Origin: Zygnema circumcarinatum SAG 698-1b
Lineage: Eukaryota; Plantae; Zygnematophyceae
NCBI GenBank assembly: GCA_037447605.1
Contig: JBBHKD010000010.1
Span: forward strand, 1 to 64,000
Length of the DNA stretch: 64,000 nucleotides
Reading direction: 5' to 3'
In this document: in pieces, positions 24,632-36,324 of the stretch
Layout: each line of letters begins with the position of its first letter
Numbering within the stretch: the first letter of the stretch is position 1
Notes under the pieces: generated by a model
Database searches by the model: none
The model's input: the letters and a program-made list of their open reading frames with translations, nothing else
What the model was told of the DNA's origin: nothing
Program-made: the position numbers and the translations under genes

Positions 24632-25156
24632 GGGGGTGTCAGACTTAACAAAATCTTACGAAAAGCGTTACGAAAAAAAAGGTTACGAAAGTACTCCGCC
24701 GCAGGAGGATCGCGAGTGTCAGACTTAAAAAATTTCAGTACGCGTGTTCGTAAGTTTGACATCAGAACGAGTACTCCAGTATAATCGCGATCCTCTTGCG
24801 GCGGAGTACTTTCGTAACCTTTTTTTTCGTAACGCTTTTCGTAAGATTTTGTTAAGTCTGACACCCCCTAATCTTAAAAATTGTTCGTAAGTTTGAGACC
24901 AGAACGACTACTTCGGTGACATCGCAATCCTGGTGCGGCGGAGTACTTACAAAACTTTTTTGTTCGTAAGATTTCGTTAAGTCTGACACCCCCTATTTAG
25001 GGGGTGTCAGACTTAAAAAATTTCAGTACGCTTGTTCGTAAGTTTGACATCAGAACGAGTACTCCAGTATGATCGCGATCCTTCTGCGGCGGAGTACTTT
25101 CGTAACCTTTTTTTTCGTAACGCTTTTCGTAAGATTTTGTTAAGTCTGACACCCCC
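24632..25156. mobile_element. MITE cluster: 157-bp unit with 17-bp TIR GGGGGTGTCAGACTTAA flanked by TA
   Basis: Full unit at 25000-25156 (TA at 24998 and 25157). Foldback composite at 24632-24868. Partial unit at 24872-24993. Related end at about 14863. Confidence 0.8.
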
Positions 25157-27037
25157 TATTATAAATAAAGGGGGCGACTATTTACAGTGTACGGATTCTG
25201 AATGTAGTGTACGATTCGCCGGGCAGCAAAAAATCCTTTTTTTGGTTGCCCAACGCTGTTTCATACTTTTTAGAATAGATACAGACCTTTTTTTAGGTAG
25301 GATGTCGCGGATAGTGATTTGAAATGTACCTAGCGTCTACAAGGTATAAGGCATAACCGCGTGGAGCAACATGATTGGTCGCGGCAACATATGGCGTGGC
25401 AAGTATGTTTGGGACCGTGACTGACAAACGAGCACGACAAAAGTGGAGGCCGCGGGCGCGTCGAAATGGCGATAAAAACTGACAGATTTTTCTCAAAAAT
25501 AGCTCCATCTGTGCCCTGTCTTTCTCTGTCAGTTTTAATTCCGGCCATCGGATTCCATGCGCGGCTCCATTGTCGTCTCATTTGTCACAGCGCTGCTGCC
25601 AGTAGTCGGTCTTATGGCCCCTATGCTGTAGCACGCGCACCTGAGTCAGTCTCGTACATCCGCAAACTCTGTATCTATTCTGAGAAAGTCGCGTGGGCAA
25701 GGGTTTTTCTGCCAAGCGATCATATACATTGGGCACTCCTGATGGTCACCTGTGACAGTAAAATTCCTTGTGACTTTATCAAGGTATGCCCCTACAGGGA
25801 CTTCACATTCAGCGACGATAAAAACCCTCACTCTTTCTTTAAGCCTGCCCTAAAACACAATCTGAATACACCACCTCCAAAAGGGCTTATCGATCAACGC
25901 CGGAGTGGACTCCGCCTTCAAGTGGCCTTGACCCGCCGCCACTCCATCACTCTTTCCACGTGTTTTGTCACGCCTCGTTCGTCCAAAAAGCACACTCCCT
26001 CGTTAAACTGAGCGTCCTTGATCCCCTGTCACCACTGTTAGTCTCCGAAACATATTTGCAGCCTCAGCATGGGATTGGTTGGCCGCTTTTGCTTTAACAC
26101 CATGCAAATTCCTGCATCCTATACAATTGAACGGCCTTTTCTATGTCTTTGGGGACTCCTTCTCCCTTCCTGTAGCAGTCACCTAACTTGTCATGCGCGT
26201 GATAACTGCCATTCTCTACAGCGCGCCTATTAAACTGAACGGCCTGTTCTGTTGGTGCAAGGGGCAGCAAGAAAGGAAAGACTCAAGGAAGGGCAAACAC
26301 ATGCCTGGGTATCAGAGCTCAAAACTTTTCTTCTACTTCTCCTTGGGCCACATACCGCTTCCGCCACGATATGCCTTCTCGTCCACCTCTTGCCAGGTGC
26401 GCACAGCGGAAAGCTAAACACACCACCTACAAGAACTTTTCTTCAACTCCTACATGGTCTCGGCTCCTCAACTCCACGCTCCTCCAATGATCTCCTCGTG
26501 TGGAGCAACACACCGCCCATACAATGGTCGCCTCCACTCATCCACCACGTCAATCCAACACGAGGACTCACATGACAAATGATACAGTAGTAAGGAGAAA
26601 GCCCACGGCCCCAAAACTCCTTAAACTTCATGAGTGTAGTACATGTTAGTGTACATAGTTAGTTCAGATTAGCATGTTTGTGTTGGCGCTTAGTTCCTAG
26701 GGGTGTGCTTCTAGGTGTGACATGTATGGGGACGGACTTACTTCAGCGTGCGCGCGGCGGCGAGACCGACCGCGCAACCGTACGGATAGTATGGACCGTA
26801 CGGACCGTACGGTCGGTACGGACAGTACGACCGGGAGTCCGACATTTGGTACCGCGCCGAGGAATCGGTCCTGGCGTACGGAATCGTGGACTGATGCGGC
26901 AGCAAAAGGCGGCGAAGTTGGTGGAGTCGGCGGAGCCTATTTTGCGTACGGAAGATAGTCCTTGTGGGTGACGGCGGGAAGTTCAGCTCGGCAGTAGAGT
27001 ACATGGCCATCTGGGTTAGAGCGGTGGTGTTGGTACG

Positions 27038-27421
27038 TGTTAGTGTTAGTGTATGATAGTTAGACATTGTATGGCACACACTAACTTGTTGTGGTACTCA
27101 GTTTGTAGAACCTGAGATCTGCTAGGCGTAGTGCTCTTAGATCTAGTAATGTCGGTGCTCTGACTTTGGTGAGTGCGCCGCGAGTGCGCGGAGTACGAAC
27201 GAGCGGCGCTGATTGGTCGCGGCNNNNNNNNNNTCCTAACACTCTCTCATTGTGATTTCCGCTGTGCTTGTCTTGTAGCTTCATTCTGTTGTTATGGGCG
27301 ATGAGTGAAGTAAGATAGAGCTTTGAGTGTTTGAATGTCTTCATCCGTGGGAACTCAAGTTCCAATGGAGGGCGACACCCGAGGTGGCGCCGGAAGTGGG
27401 GAGCAGACCCCTGCTTCAACA
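27038..27421 (+). mobile_element. Family E LTR (solo or gap-collapsed) inside the B 5' LTR, TSD GTACG
   Basis: GTACG at 27033-27037 and 27422-27426. The 3' part matches 60860-61047. Confidence 0.8.
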
Positions 27422-27841
27422 GTACGTTGCCAGGCTGGGTGTACTATGCATAGCAAGACACGAAGTAGTTTATTTAGGTTGTTTGAATAAGGTTGTTGCA
27501 TGCATGGTCCCGGCGCGTGTGACGTGACATGGTCACGTCACAGCCCCATACTATATAGTGAGAGTGGGTGTGTAAGTTAGCAACCTTCTTGATATGCATT
27601 GCAAGGCTATGGCAGTTTGAAGGCATGGCTTTGGCAACAGGAGGTGGACCTTTGTGAGGAGTCTCCGTGTGTGGAGAGCTGCCTCACGTGAAGGTGAAGT
27701 GATCATGTGGTGAAAGCTTGACTAGGCTTATGGGGGCTTGAGTTGGAAAGCTTGTCATCATAAAGGAGTTTTAGGCTGGGAGCTTTCTCCTACGTTTTTC
27801 TATTCCGCCTCTCGTGTGTTGTGTATGCACGTGAGTGAAAA

Positions 27842-28221
27842 ATGAGTGAGAGTGCTGCGGGCACCAGGAGGGAAGTTTCCATGGACAGTGAAGAGGGAGA
27901 AAGGGTGGAAGGTGAATTTGCTTCTCATCCCTCTGCCCCTCTCACAAGTGGTATCAGAGCTCATGGTGAAGAGGAAACCGGGGCTAGTGTGAAGTTTAAT
28001 GTCCCTGCATTTGATGGGACAGACTACAAGGGATGGAAGTGGCGGCTGACTCCCATACTTGAAGGGAAGGGACTTCTTGGTCATGTGACTGGGAAGGTGA
28101 AGGCGCCGCCGGCTACATCCGTGGAGGAGCTTGCAAAGTGGAAGGCCCGTGACAACAAGGCCATCACTCAGATTGCAATGAGTGTGAAGGGGACGCCTTC
28201 ACACATGCTCTACGACCTCAG
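27842..28221 (+). CDS. Copia B gag N-terminus (cut by a gap)
   Basis: KFNVPAFDGTDYKGWKWRL...GKGLLGHV...WKARDNKA. Confidence 0.85.
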
Positions 28222-28231
28222 NNNNNNNNNN

Positions 28232-30709
28232 CTTAAGCCGAGGAGGGGACCTTGGCTGCTGGTGTGGGGCGCACCGTGACTATGTGGTGCCCCTACGTGT
28301 GAACCAGTTCTCACGCTTCGAACCTAGGACCTCCGTCGTCCTATAGGGTATCCGATACCCTAACCATTAGGTAATGCATTGGATGGAAACATAAAGCCAC
28401 GCCGGGCCCTAAGTAACCCTTCCCCCTTGGGGTGACTATAGCGTATCGCTACATTACTCCCCCCCTGTGAGAATGGGAACGCCCTCGTTCACGTGTGTGG
28501 GGTAGTAAAGGCAACTCGTAGTTTCAACGGCACGCGTCGAACTCTACGTGATAACCGGGAGGGCTCAGCGATAATCCCGGTCAAGTCCCTTTCCGAGTTG
28601 CGCGGGGACGGCTCGGGAACCCCCCGTGCCGCCCTTGCCCGCTCTCCTGCGGCCTGCGCCTCCCAGTACAAGTTTATGAGCTCCTGGCAATTGGTTAAGT
28701 TGCCCTCGGCTTCCCATGTGCTATGTTCAACCCCATAGCCCAACCATTTCACGAGAAATTCGTGACGGGAAGATCGACCCTTTCTCACAAGACGGTGGGC
28801 TTGAATGGTTTCAACCTCATACTCAAGTTCACCTTCAAGTTCCACTGGTGGGGGAGGTGGTTGGATCCTCCCATCGCTACGGTAGGCCTTTAGCAAACCC
28901 ACATGAAAGACCGGATGCACCTTCATGTGGTGGTAAATCAACGATGGCGACCTCATTATTCGCTTCCGCGGCGGTAAAGGAGTCGATGAAACGGGGCCCG
29001 CGACTACGTGTTCCGCGTGGCTTTGGAGTCTCAAGTTAGCGTACTTAGCAACACCTCGCCATGCCGTTGAAGGTGAGTTGGAGATGCGATGGCGGTCGGC
29101 ATAGGCCTTTTATGCTTGGCCCAGGAAGCATGGCGGTACGCCGTGCCCTGCAAAGCACCCTAGAGACGTGTAGGACAAAAGATCATTTACTTGAGGTTGA
29201 GTCCCATCGATCCCTCGGCTTCAAGGATGGGGGTTCTGTGAGCGCCCATGTTCCACCAGATCGAGGCTTCAGTCATACTTGATTTCTGAGGATTTAGAAG
29301 GAATCCCCGGCCCAAAGTTAAAGGGGAAAAGAAAGAGGTAGTACCAATAGACTCCCCAGTAAAGATTATTGATGGCATACTCCGCCCATTGGGGTGATTC
29401 GTCCCACCCATCCGAGTGGGTCCCACATAATGCGGAGTATCCTCGAGATCCTATTCACCCGTTCCGTCGGCCATCGGTTTCTTGGTGGAAAATTTGTACT
29501 CAACGCACACTTGGCGGTCCCCAGCGATTTTGAGCACTTAGTCAAAATGGTAGGTGAATCGTGGATCACGGTCAGACACAATTTCTGACTGAAGACCATG
29601 CTGGCTCCACACTTTGTCAACATACAACCGTGCAATCTCGTCGGCCCCAGCGGTCTTAGTAGTTGGTGCAAAGTGCACCATCTTCTTTGGCCGTCGACAA
29701 AGGCGGGGATGAGTCATGCCCACAGAGGTATCCGCGGGGAAGATCGTGATCAGAAGTCCATACCCTGCTTGTCCCATTCCGAAAAGGAGGTGTGAGGGTT
29801 GCTGGCTGGCGTGAGGATCCTGCAGTCTACAGGGGTTTTATTTCAGTGAAACCAGTTAGGACCAGCAGAGTACATAAAACTTTCACATCCCTCGAGAGTC
29901 CAGGCCACCAGAACTCTCGGAGCAGTGCCTCACGGGTTTTGGCAACTCCCATGTGACCTCGGTACGGAGGATCATGTAGCTCACCCAGAATGAGCTGCCG
30001 TACAGTCCCGGCCTTGGGCACGACCAACTGCTGGCCGTGGTACCAGAATCCGTCCTTAGACACCACTTTGTCCTTATAGCCATTACCTTGGCCATCCAGG
30101 AACAAAGGATCACCAGCATACCCCTCCTGGATCATCTGTCTGAGTTCAGAGAGAGCAGGAGGGTTGACTGCGTCACTGGTGGAGGGATCTATGACNNNNN
30201 NNNNNTGCACCATGAACAAGGTGCATCCCTCCTTAACTGCTTTGGCCAATTGCATAGCTGAGCACAGATAAGGAGTATCAGGTTGCTTGATAGCAAAGGA
30301 TGTGGAGGTGCCAGGGTGCAGGGTAAGCCGCCTGTCACCACTGTGCAGAATGCAATGTGGGACAGAAAAGTCCAATTGTGCCTTGACCATGGTTAACCAA
30401 GCACTCCCTAAAATAACATCAGTTCCAGGGGCCAGATGAGTCAGAAGACACTTGACTGCCCCGGAGTAGGATTGGAGCTTGATCTTGAGTGTGACGATGC
30501 CAGAGATCTGGCCCTTTCTTCCATCCCCGAAAGTAACACTTTCTGAATGGGGATCTGTGGTCAACCCAAATCTATGGGTGAATGCAGAACTAACAAAGTT
30601 AGCATCTGCCCCAGTATCTAGCAGTATAACTGCTAGGTGGCCATTGGCTGACCCGATGAAGGTCATGGCACGATGGGCAAGGTGGAACATAGATCGCACT
30701 ATATGCGAA
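28232..30709 (-). mobile_element. Chromovirus Gypsy family G1 fragments: protease, integrase, chromodomain, PPT, 3' LTR start
   Basis: LDTGADANF. Integrase zinc-finger region HDPPYRGHMG. HPVFHVGLLK. YEVETIQAHR...FLVKWLGYGVEHSTWE. PPT GGGGGGAGTAA then TGTAGCGATACGC at 28453. Confidence 0.88.
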
Positions 30710-30719
30710 NNNNNNNNNN

Positions 30720-32656
30720 GGTGGAGGCATCAGCTACGAAGTCTCAGGAGGAGACCTCCAGTTCACGAGAGGAGACAGCCAGCATGCCGCATAAGTTGGT
30801 GGCTTCAGAACCACGTGCAGCGGCAAATGAAGAGTTGCTGGAGGAGATGGCTGTTGAGCCAAAGGAGGATGCACCAGCTCCAATGCGAGTTGTAGAGCAG
30901 CCTCAAGAGCATCCCTCCGTGATGGAGAAGACAAGTGGGAGGACCAGGCGGCCTCCAAATCGTTTCAGTCCGGCTGTGCCTACAAAGCGCATGCGGAAGA
31001 AAGCACGAAAGAATGCCCAGGATCATTCTGCATCATTCTCAGGTGACATGGACATGATTGCCCATTGTTACATGGCCCATGCTGTTGAGCCTCAGACTTA
31101 CGGGGAAGCTGTTGAGGGGCCAGATCAGATCAAGTGGCAGGAGGCCATTGATAGTGAGTGGAACAGTCTGATTGAGAATCAGACTTGGCGCTTGGAGAAG
31201 CTCCCACCTGGGAGGCGTGCCATCGGCAACAAATGGGTCTTCAAGGTTAAGAGGAAGGCGGACGGCAGCATCGATAGGTACAAGGCGCGACTTGTGGCCA
31301 AGGGCTACAGTCAGAAGGAGGGGATTGACTACACAGAGACCTTTGCTCCTGTGGTGAAGTTCAACTCCCTCCTTTCCCTCATTTCTATTGCAGCCGCAGA
31401 GGGGATGCATGTCCACCTGTTGGACATCAAGACTGCTTTCTTGTATGGAGATCTTGATGAAGAGATATACATGGAGCAGCCGGAGGGGAAGTGCGAGAAG
31501 GGAAAGGAGAACCTTGTGTGCAGACTCGTGAAGAGTTTGTATGGGCTGAAGCAGGCCCCTCGCGTGTGGTATGAGAAGATCGATGAACTCTTACAGGGCT
31601 ATGGGTTTGATCGTTTTGAGACTGATACTTGTGTGTACTCAGTTGGCGAAGATGATGATAAGTTGTTTGTTGGGGTCTATGTGGATGACCTGATCATGAT
31701 CAGCAAGTCTCTTCGCAGCATTGCAGAGTTGAAGGAGCTCTTGCAGGAGAATTTCCAGATGACTGACCTTGGAGAGGCCCAATATCTCTTGGGGATCCAG
31801 CTGAAGAGGGGGCCAGATGGTTCACTATTCCTTTGTCAAAGGAAGTATGCAGAAGATGTGTTGCGGAAGTTCAACATGTGGGAGTGCAGGCCATGCACAA
31901 GTCCCATGGAGGCTGGAGTTCGCTTCACGAAGGAGATGTCCCCGTCTACAGAGGAGGAGGCAAAGGCAATGGCTGGAGTGCCATATCGATCTGCGATTGG
32001 GAGCCTCATGTATTTGATGACAGGCACGAGGCCTGACCTTGCGAAAGTCGTGAGCACGGCAAGCAGATTCATGGAGAACCCCGGCGAGGAGCATTGGGAA
32101 GGAGTCAAGCGTATATTTCGGTTTCTGAAGGGAACTGTGGATTATGGCCTCAGGTTTGAGAGGGGGACTCGCAGCCGAGTCTATGGCTATACAAACGCTG
32201 ACTGGGGAGGGGATTTGGATTCATCCCGCTCCACATCTGGATACGTTTTCTTGAATGCAGGTGGGGCCATCACGTGGAACTCCACCTTGCGGTCTTGATA
32301 GCCCTCTCGTGGCGGAAAGCGAGAGTATATAGCTGACTTGCCATGCTGGCCGGAAAGTGTGTGTAGGCTGGCGGAACTTCTTTAAGGGAGTAGTGGCGGC
32401 CTGCAAACCCTTACCACTTTCTTCACCGGACAATCAGTCCTCTATTGCTCTAATGGGGAATCCGGTGTTCCACAAGCGGAGCAAGCATTTCCGGATCCAA
32501 TACCATTACGTGAGACAGGAGGTGAGAGAGGGACTTGTCAGTATCAAGTTCATTGGAACCAGGGAGCAGGCAGCCGATATGCTGACGAAGGCAGTCAGTG
32601 GTGAGACCTTGAGGATTAATTCGGATCTCATTGGGCTGGGGCCTCTCAGGAACTAA
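30720..32656 (+). CDS. Copia B reverse transcriptase and RNase H (late frameshifts)
   Basis: [75 protein letters not shown]. Confidence 0.92.
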
Positions 32657-35600
32657 AGTGCCAAAGAGGGGAATGTTAGTGTACATAGTTAGTTCAGATT
32701 AGCATGTTTGTGTTGGGCTAGTTCCTAAAGGGTGTGCTTCTAGGTGCGACATGTATGGGGAGGGGACTCCATTTCAAATATGAGATGGGCGCGAGAGAGA
32801 CTGACTCGCGCAACCGTACGGATAGTATGGACTGTAATGGACCGTACGGTCGGTACGGACAGTACGACCGGGAGTCCGACATTTGGTACGCGCTTGCCGA
32901 GGTCGGTCTGGAGTACGGAATCAAGGAATGATGCGGGCGGCGGGCGACGGGCGCTGGAGTCGGGTGGAGGCGTAAGTGAGCTTACTTTTGGTGTGAGTAA
33001 AGATAGTCTGGTGGGTGTTACATGGAAGTTCAAATTTCTGCTGTAGAGTATATGTGGCCATCTGGGGTTGGGGAGCGGTGGTGTTGGTAATGCTGTTGCT
33101 GGGGTGTACTATGTATAAGAAGACACGGCAGTTTATTTAGGTTGTTTGAATAAGGTTGTTGCATGCATGGTCCCGGCGCGTGTGACGTGACATGGTCACG
33201 TCACAGCCCCATACTATATAGTGAGTGTGGGTGTGTAAGTTAGCAACCTTCTTGATATGCATTGCAAGGCTATGGCAGTTTGAAGGCATGGCTTTGGCAA
33301 CAGGAGGTGGACCTTTGTGAGGAGTCTCCGTGTGTGGAGAGCTGCCTCACGTGAAGGTGAAGTGATCATGTGGTGAAAGCTTGACTAGGCTTATGGGGGC
33401 TTGAGTTGGAAAGCTTGTCATCATAAAGGAGTTTTAGGCTGGGAGCTTTCTCCTACGTTTTTTCTATTCCGCCTCTCGTGTGTTGTGTATGCACGTGAGT
33501 GAAAAATGAGTGAGAGTGCTACGGGCACCAGGAGGGAAGTTTCCATGGACAGTGAAGAGGGAGAAAGGGTGGAAGGTGAATTTGCTTCTCATCCCTCTGC
33601 CCCTCTCACAGTACAAGCTCCTTTAGGAAATCTACATAATCCCTTATGCTAGATTCTCCTCCTCTCATGAGCACTATCCTATCCTCTCATAGATAGCCTA
33701 CGCCCCAACTGCTGTAGCCAAGCACTACTTGCCTCCATGAACTCCTCCTCTACCTCAACACATGAGGGACACACCATCTAGCTCCTTCACTAAAGCTTAG
33801 CATGATGAGAGCTAGTTCCTTCACGACCTTCATACACAAGGCCGGACTCCTCTAGGCCTCAGCCTCTGCCTACTCTTCCTATACAACAACGGTCGAGCAG
33901 CATAACACTCAGAGAGAGTGAGTGAGTGAGGGAGCCAAGCTTGCTCCCTCTTAAACTATGGCGGCCGGCGTGACGTGACCACCGATGTCACGTCACAGGC
34001 GCACTAGCAAGCGCATGCACTCAACAGNNNNNNNNNNCCTAAGCCGTAATTCTACGACCCTAGACCTTCCCTAGACCTGCCGTACCATGCCCTATCGATA
34101 CGGGCACCCCCCATGTTCGGTCCTACACCAAACATGACCGTTCATACATGACATTGTCCCTATACCACCACATTGATGTCCCGGACAACATCCATACTAG
34201 GAACTAAGTACCAACACCTTGATGTACCCTATACATCAACATGTTCCATGTCTTTGGGGACTCCATCGCCGTTGTAATAGCACTTACCTAAATAACACTG
34301 GGCATCACGATTGCCATTCTCTGCAGCGCGCCTATAAAACTGAACGGCCTGTTCCATGTCTTTGGGGACTCCATTTCCGTTAGCGTATTGCACAGCTACA
34401 CGGAACTGCGCCTCAGCCTCATCCTTGATCTTTTGTTTAAGGGTTTCAACCTGACAAGTCAAGGCGAGGAGGGGAATCACAAGTCAGCATTGTCGAAAAT
34501 GCATAAGGAAATGGATGCACGCAAAAACTCAGGCTCTAGGGACTCGGGGTCTGATATGTCCTTTACGCATTCGAAGACAATTTCCTAACTGGGGGACGGT
34601 TCAAATCTCTCCTCAATCTGTTGACGAAGCAGCCTTTATCCCGGCAGGCACATCAATCACAGACAACGACAGGTGAATCTGCACATGCATAAACTCCCAA
34701 ACCCATCCCGGAAACTAACAGAATGCCATCACAGCGCTTCGATTGCAAAATTCGGCACGGAAACCGCGGCTCCCCCTCAACCTGTCTGTCCCGTCCGTAC
34801 TTCGAAATAGGTTACAAAATGAGATGGGCTGCTCAAGCCGCCCGAGCCTCTAACGCTCACTTTTGGCGGTAAGAAGGCCCGCCAAGTATAACGCCGGAAT
34901 CTGCCCCGACGCTCGTATGCACTAGTCGACCTCACCATGGCCAAACCAAATTCGTAAGCCCGTCGGGCCTATTCCGCCGTGTACGGCAGGCCTTTTTCGC
35001 AAAAAGTGGCTGCTCCCCCGCAGGTTTGGGCTCCTCGACATCAAGAAAATAATTATTTTACCTTCGTATCTTCGAGCCAGGTCTGACCCCCCCCTTTTCG
35101 CCCCGCCGCGCTCCCTCCGCCGCCCGCCGCTGTAACAAACCCGACCTCAGCAGGGTTTGAACACAAGACCTCCCGGTACCCACACCAGTGCTTTACCATT
35201 AAAAGGCAACCGCGGATGTAAGTACTAGGCCATACAACACATGTATAGCGTTTCGCTACATTCCTCCCCACCTAAACCGGGCTCGTCCTCGAGCGCACTC
35301 AAGGGTTTTCACGAGCAGCGTTCAAGCTCCTTCAACACATGGACTACGGCCCTAGCCCCTCAGGCCACTAGGGGGACCGGACCCGTAGCATGTGTTAGTG
35401 TATAGTAGTTAGTCACTAGACAAGTTGTTGTTGGGACATTAGTTTTGTGTGCGTGTGTTGTGTGTGTGGCCCTTGGCGGCGATGTGCGCCTAGACCGACG
35501 GGCGGCGGTACGGACTTTGGTCGGCGAGAGGCGTTGGCGTTGGAGTCACAATTGACGAGGCGCGATGCTGGTTATTCGAAAAAATGTGACGTGGCGCGGA

Positions 35601-36324
35601 CGCGGACGATGGAGTCAATCAGATGGTGGCGCGACGCTGGCGGACCCGCGCGCGAATCATAGCGACGCTGCGCGGCGTCACCTTTGGATTGAATGATTCG
35701 GACTTAACGCCATGCGACGTCAGAATGTCGGCGCGCGATTCATCATTGTACGGAGCGGCGTCAGATGTCGGTGGCGTGCGACGACGCGGAGTTTGACGCG
35801 TCATCAATCTTGGAGGCGGGGTCAGATCCTACGGCGCAAGACGTGGATTAGCTTAGAGGCCGAGTCGGATCTGACGGAGGAAACGTACGGGATCCGTGTG
35901 AGCCGACGAGGATCCGACGGCGCAGGATGAGGATCGGGATAGGGCCCTTGCGGGCCGCTAGCCGATGTTGTGAGCTTCGTTGTATGGTAGTGTCACGGAT
36001 GTTGTGACATAGTATATAGTGTGTTGTTTTGTTTGGTTGTTTATCTTAACTTCTGGATCACCAGCGTAGCTATTGTAGACTCTGAGAAGCTGTTGCTCGT
36101 GTTGCTTAACACTACACTTGCTTGTGCTGCGAGGTAGTGGGCTTTTGAGTTTATTGGGCTAGTTGAGAGGGGGTCTCTCAATTGTGGTGTTAAGATCATT
36201 ATTAAGGAGTTTTAGAGCCGAGAGCTTTCTCCTATCCTTTTCTCTCTGTTATTCCGCTGTGCATATTCTGTGAGGTTCACTCTGTGAGTAAAATGGGCTA
36301 TGAGTGAATGTGAGAGTTTGGGAA

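Larger units (their letters stand above)
26644..33610 (+). mobile_element. Copia family B element, TSD GTACA
   Basis: 5' LTR 26644-27946, PBS TGGTATCAGAGC, gag, RT/RH, PPT AAGAGGGGAA, 3' LTR 32674-33610. GTACA at 26639-26643 and 33611-33615. Confidence 0.9.
26250..34241 (-). mobile_element. Family C LTR, apparently solo, TSD TGTTC, interrupted by Copia B
   Basis: TGTTC at 26245-26249 and 34242-34246. Both halves match the LTR at 51417-53000 in reverse. There is a gap at 34028. Confidence 0.8.
25930..34445 (-). pseudogene. Sel1 gene paralog B (exon 2, about 5 repeats) split by an LTR nest
   Basis: VETLKQKIKDEAEAQF...NRDAQCYLGKCYYNGDGVPKDME at 34445-34242 rejoins AVQFNRRAVENGSYHAHDKLGDCYRKGEG at 26249 downward, across TSD TGTTC. 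Intron homologous to gene A at 34450-34740. Exon 1 not seen. Confidence 0.8.

Noticed and set aside
28222-30719. G1 chromovirus truly nested in both Copia B copies
   Set aside because: All G1/B junctions are N-gaps without TSDs. Scaffolding of repeats could produce this.
35131-35260. Functional tRNA gene (Pro-like) in the TRIM LTR
   Set aside because: Acceptor and T stems do not pair and the anticodon loop is non-canonical. Kept only as a tRNA-like promoter finding.
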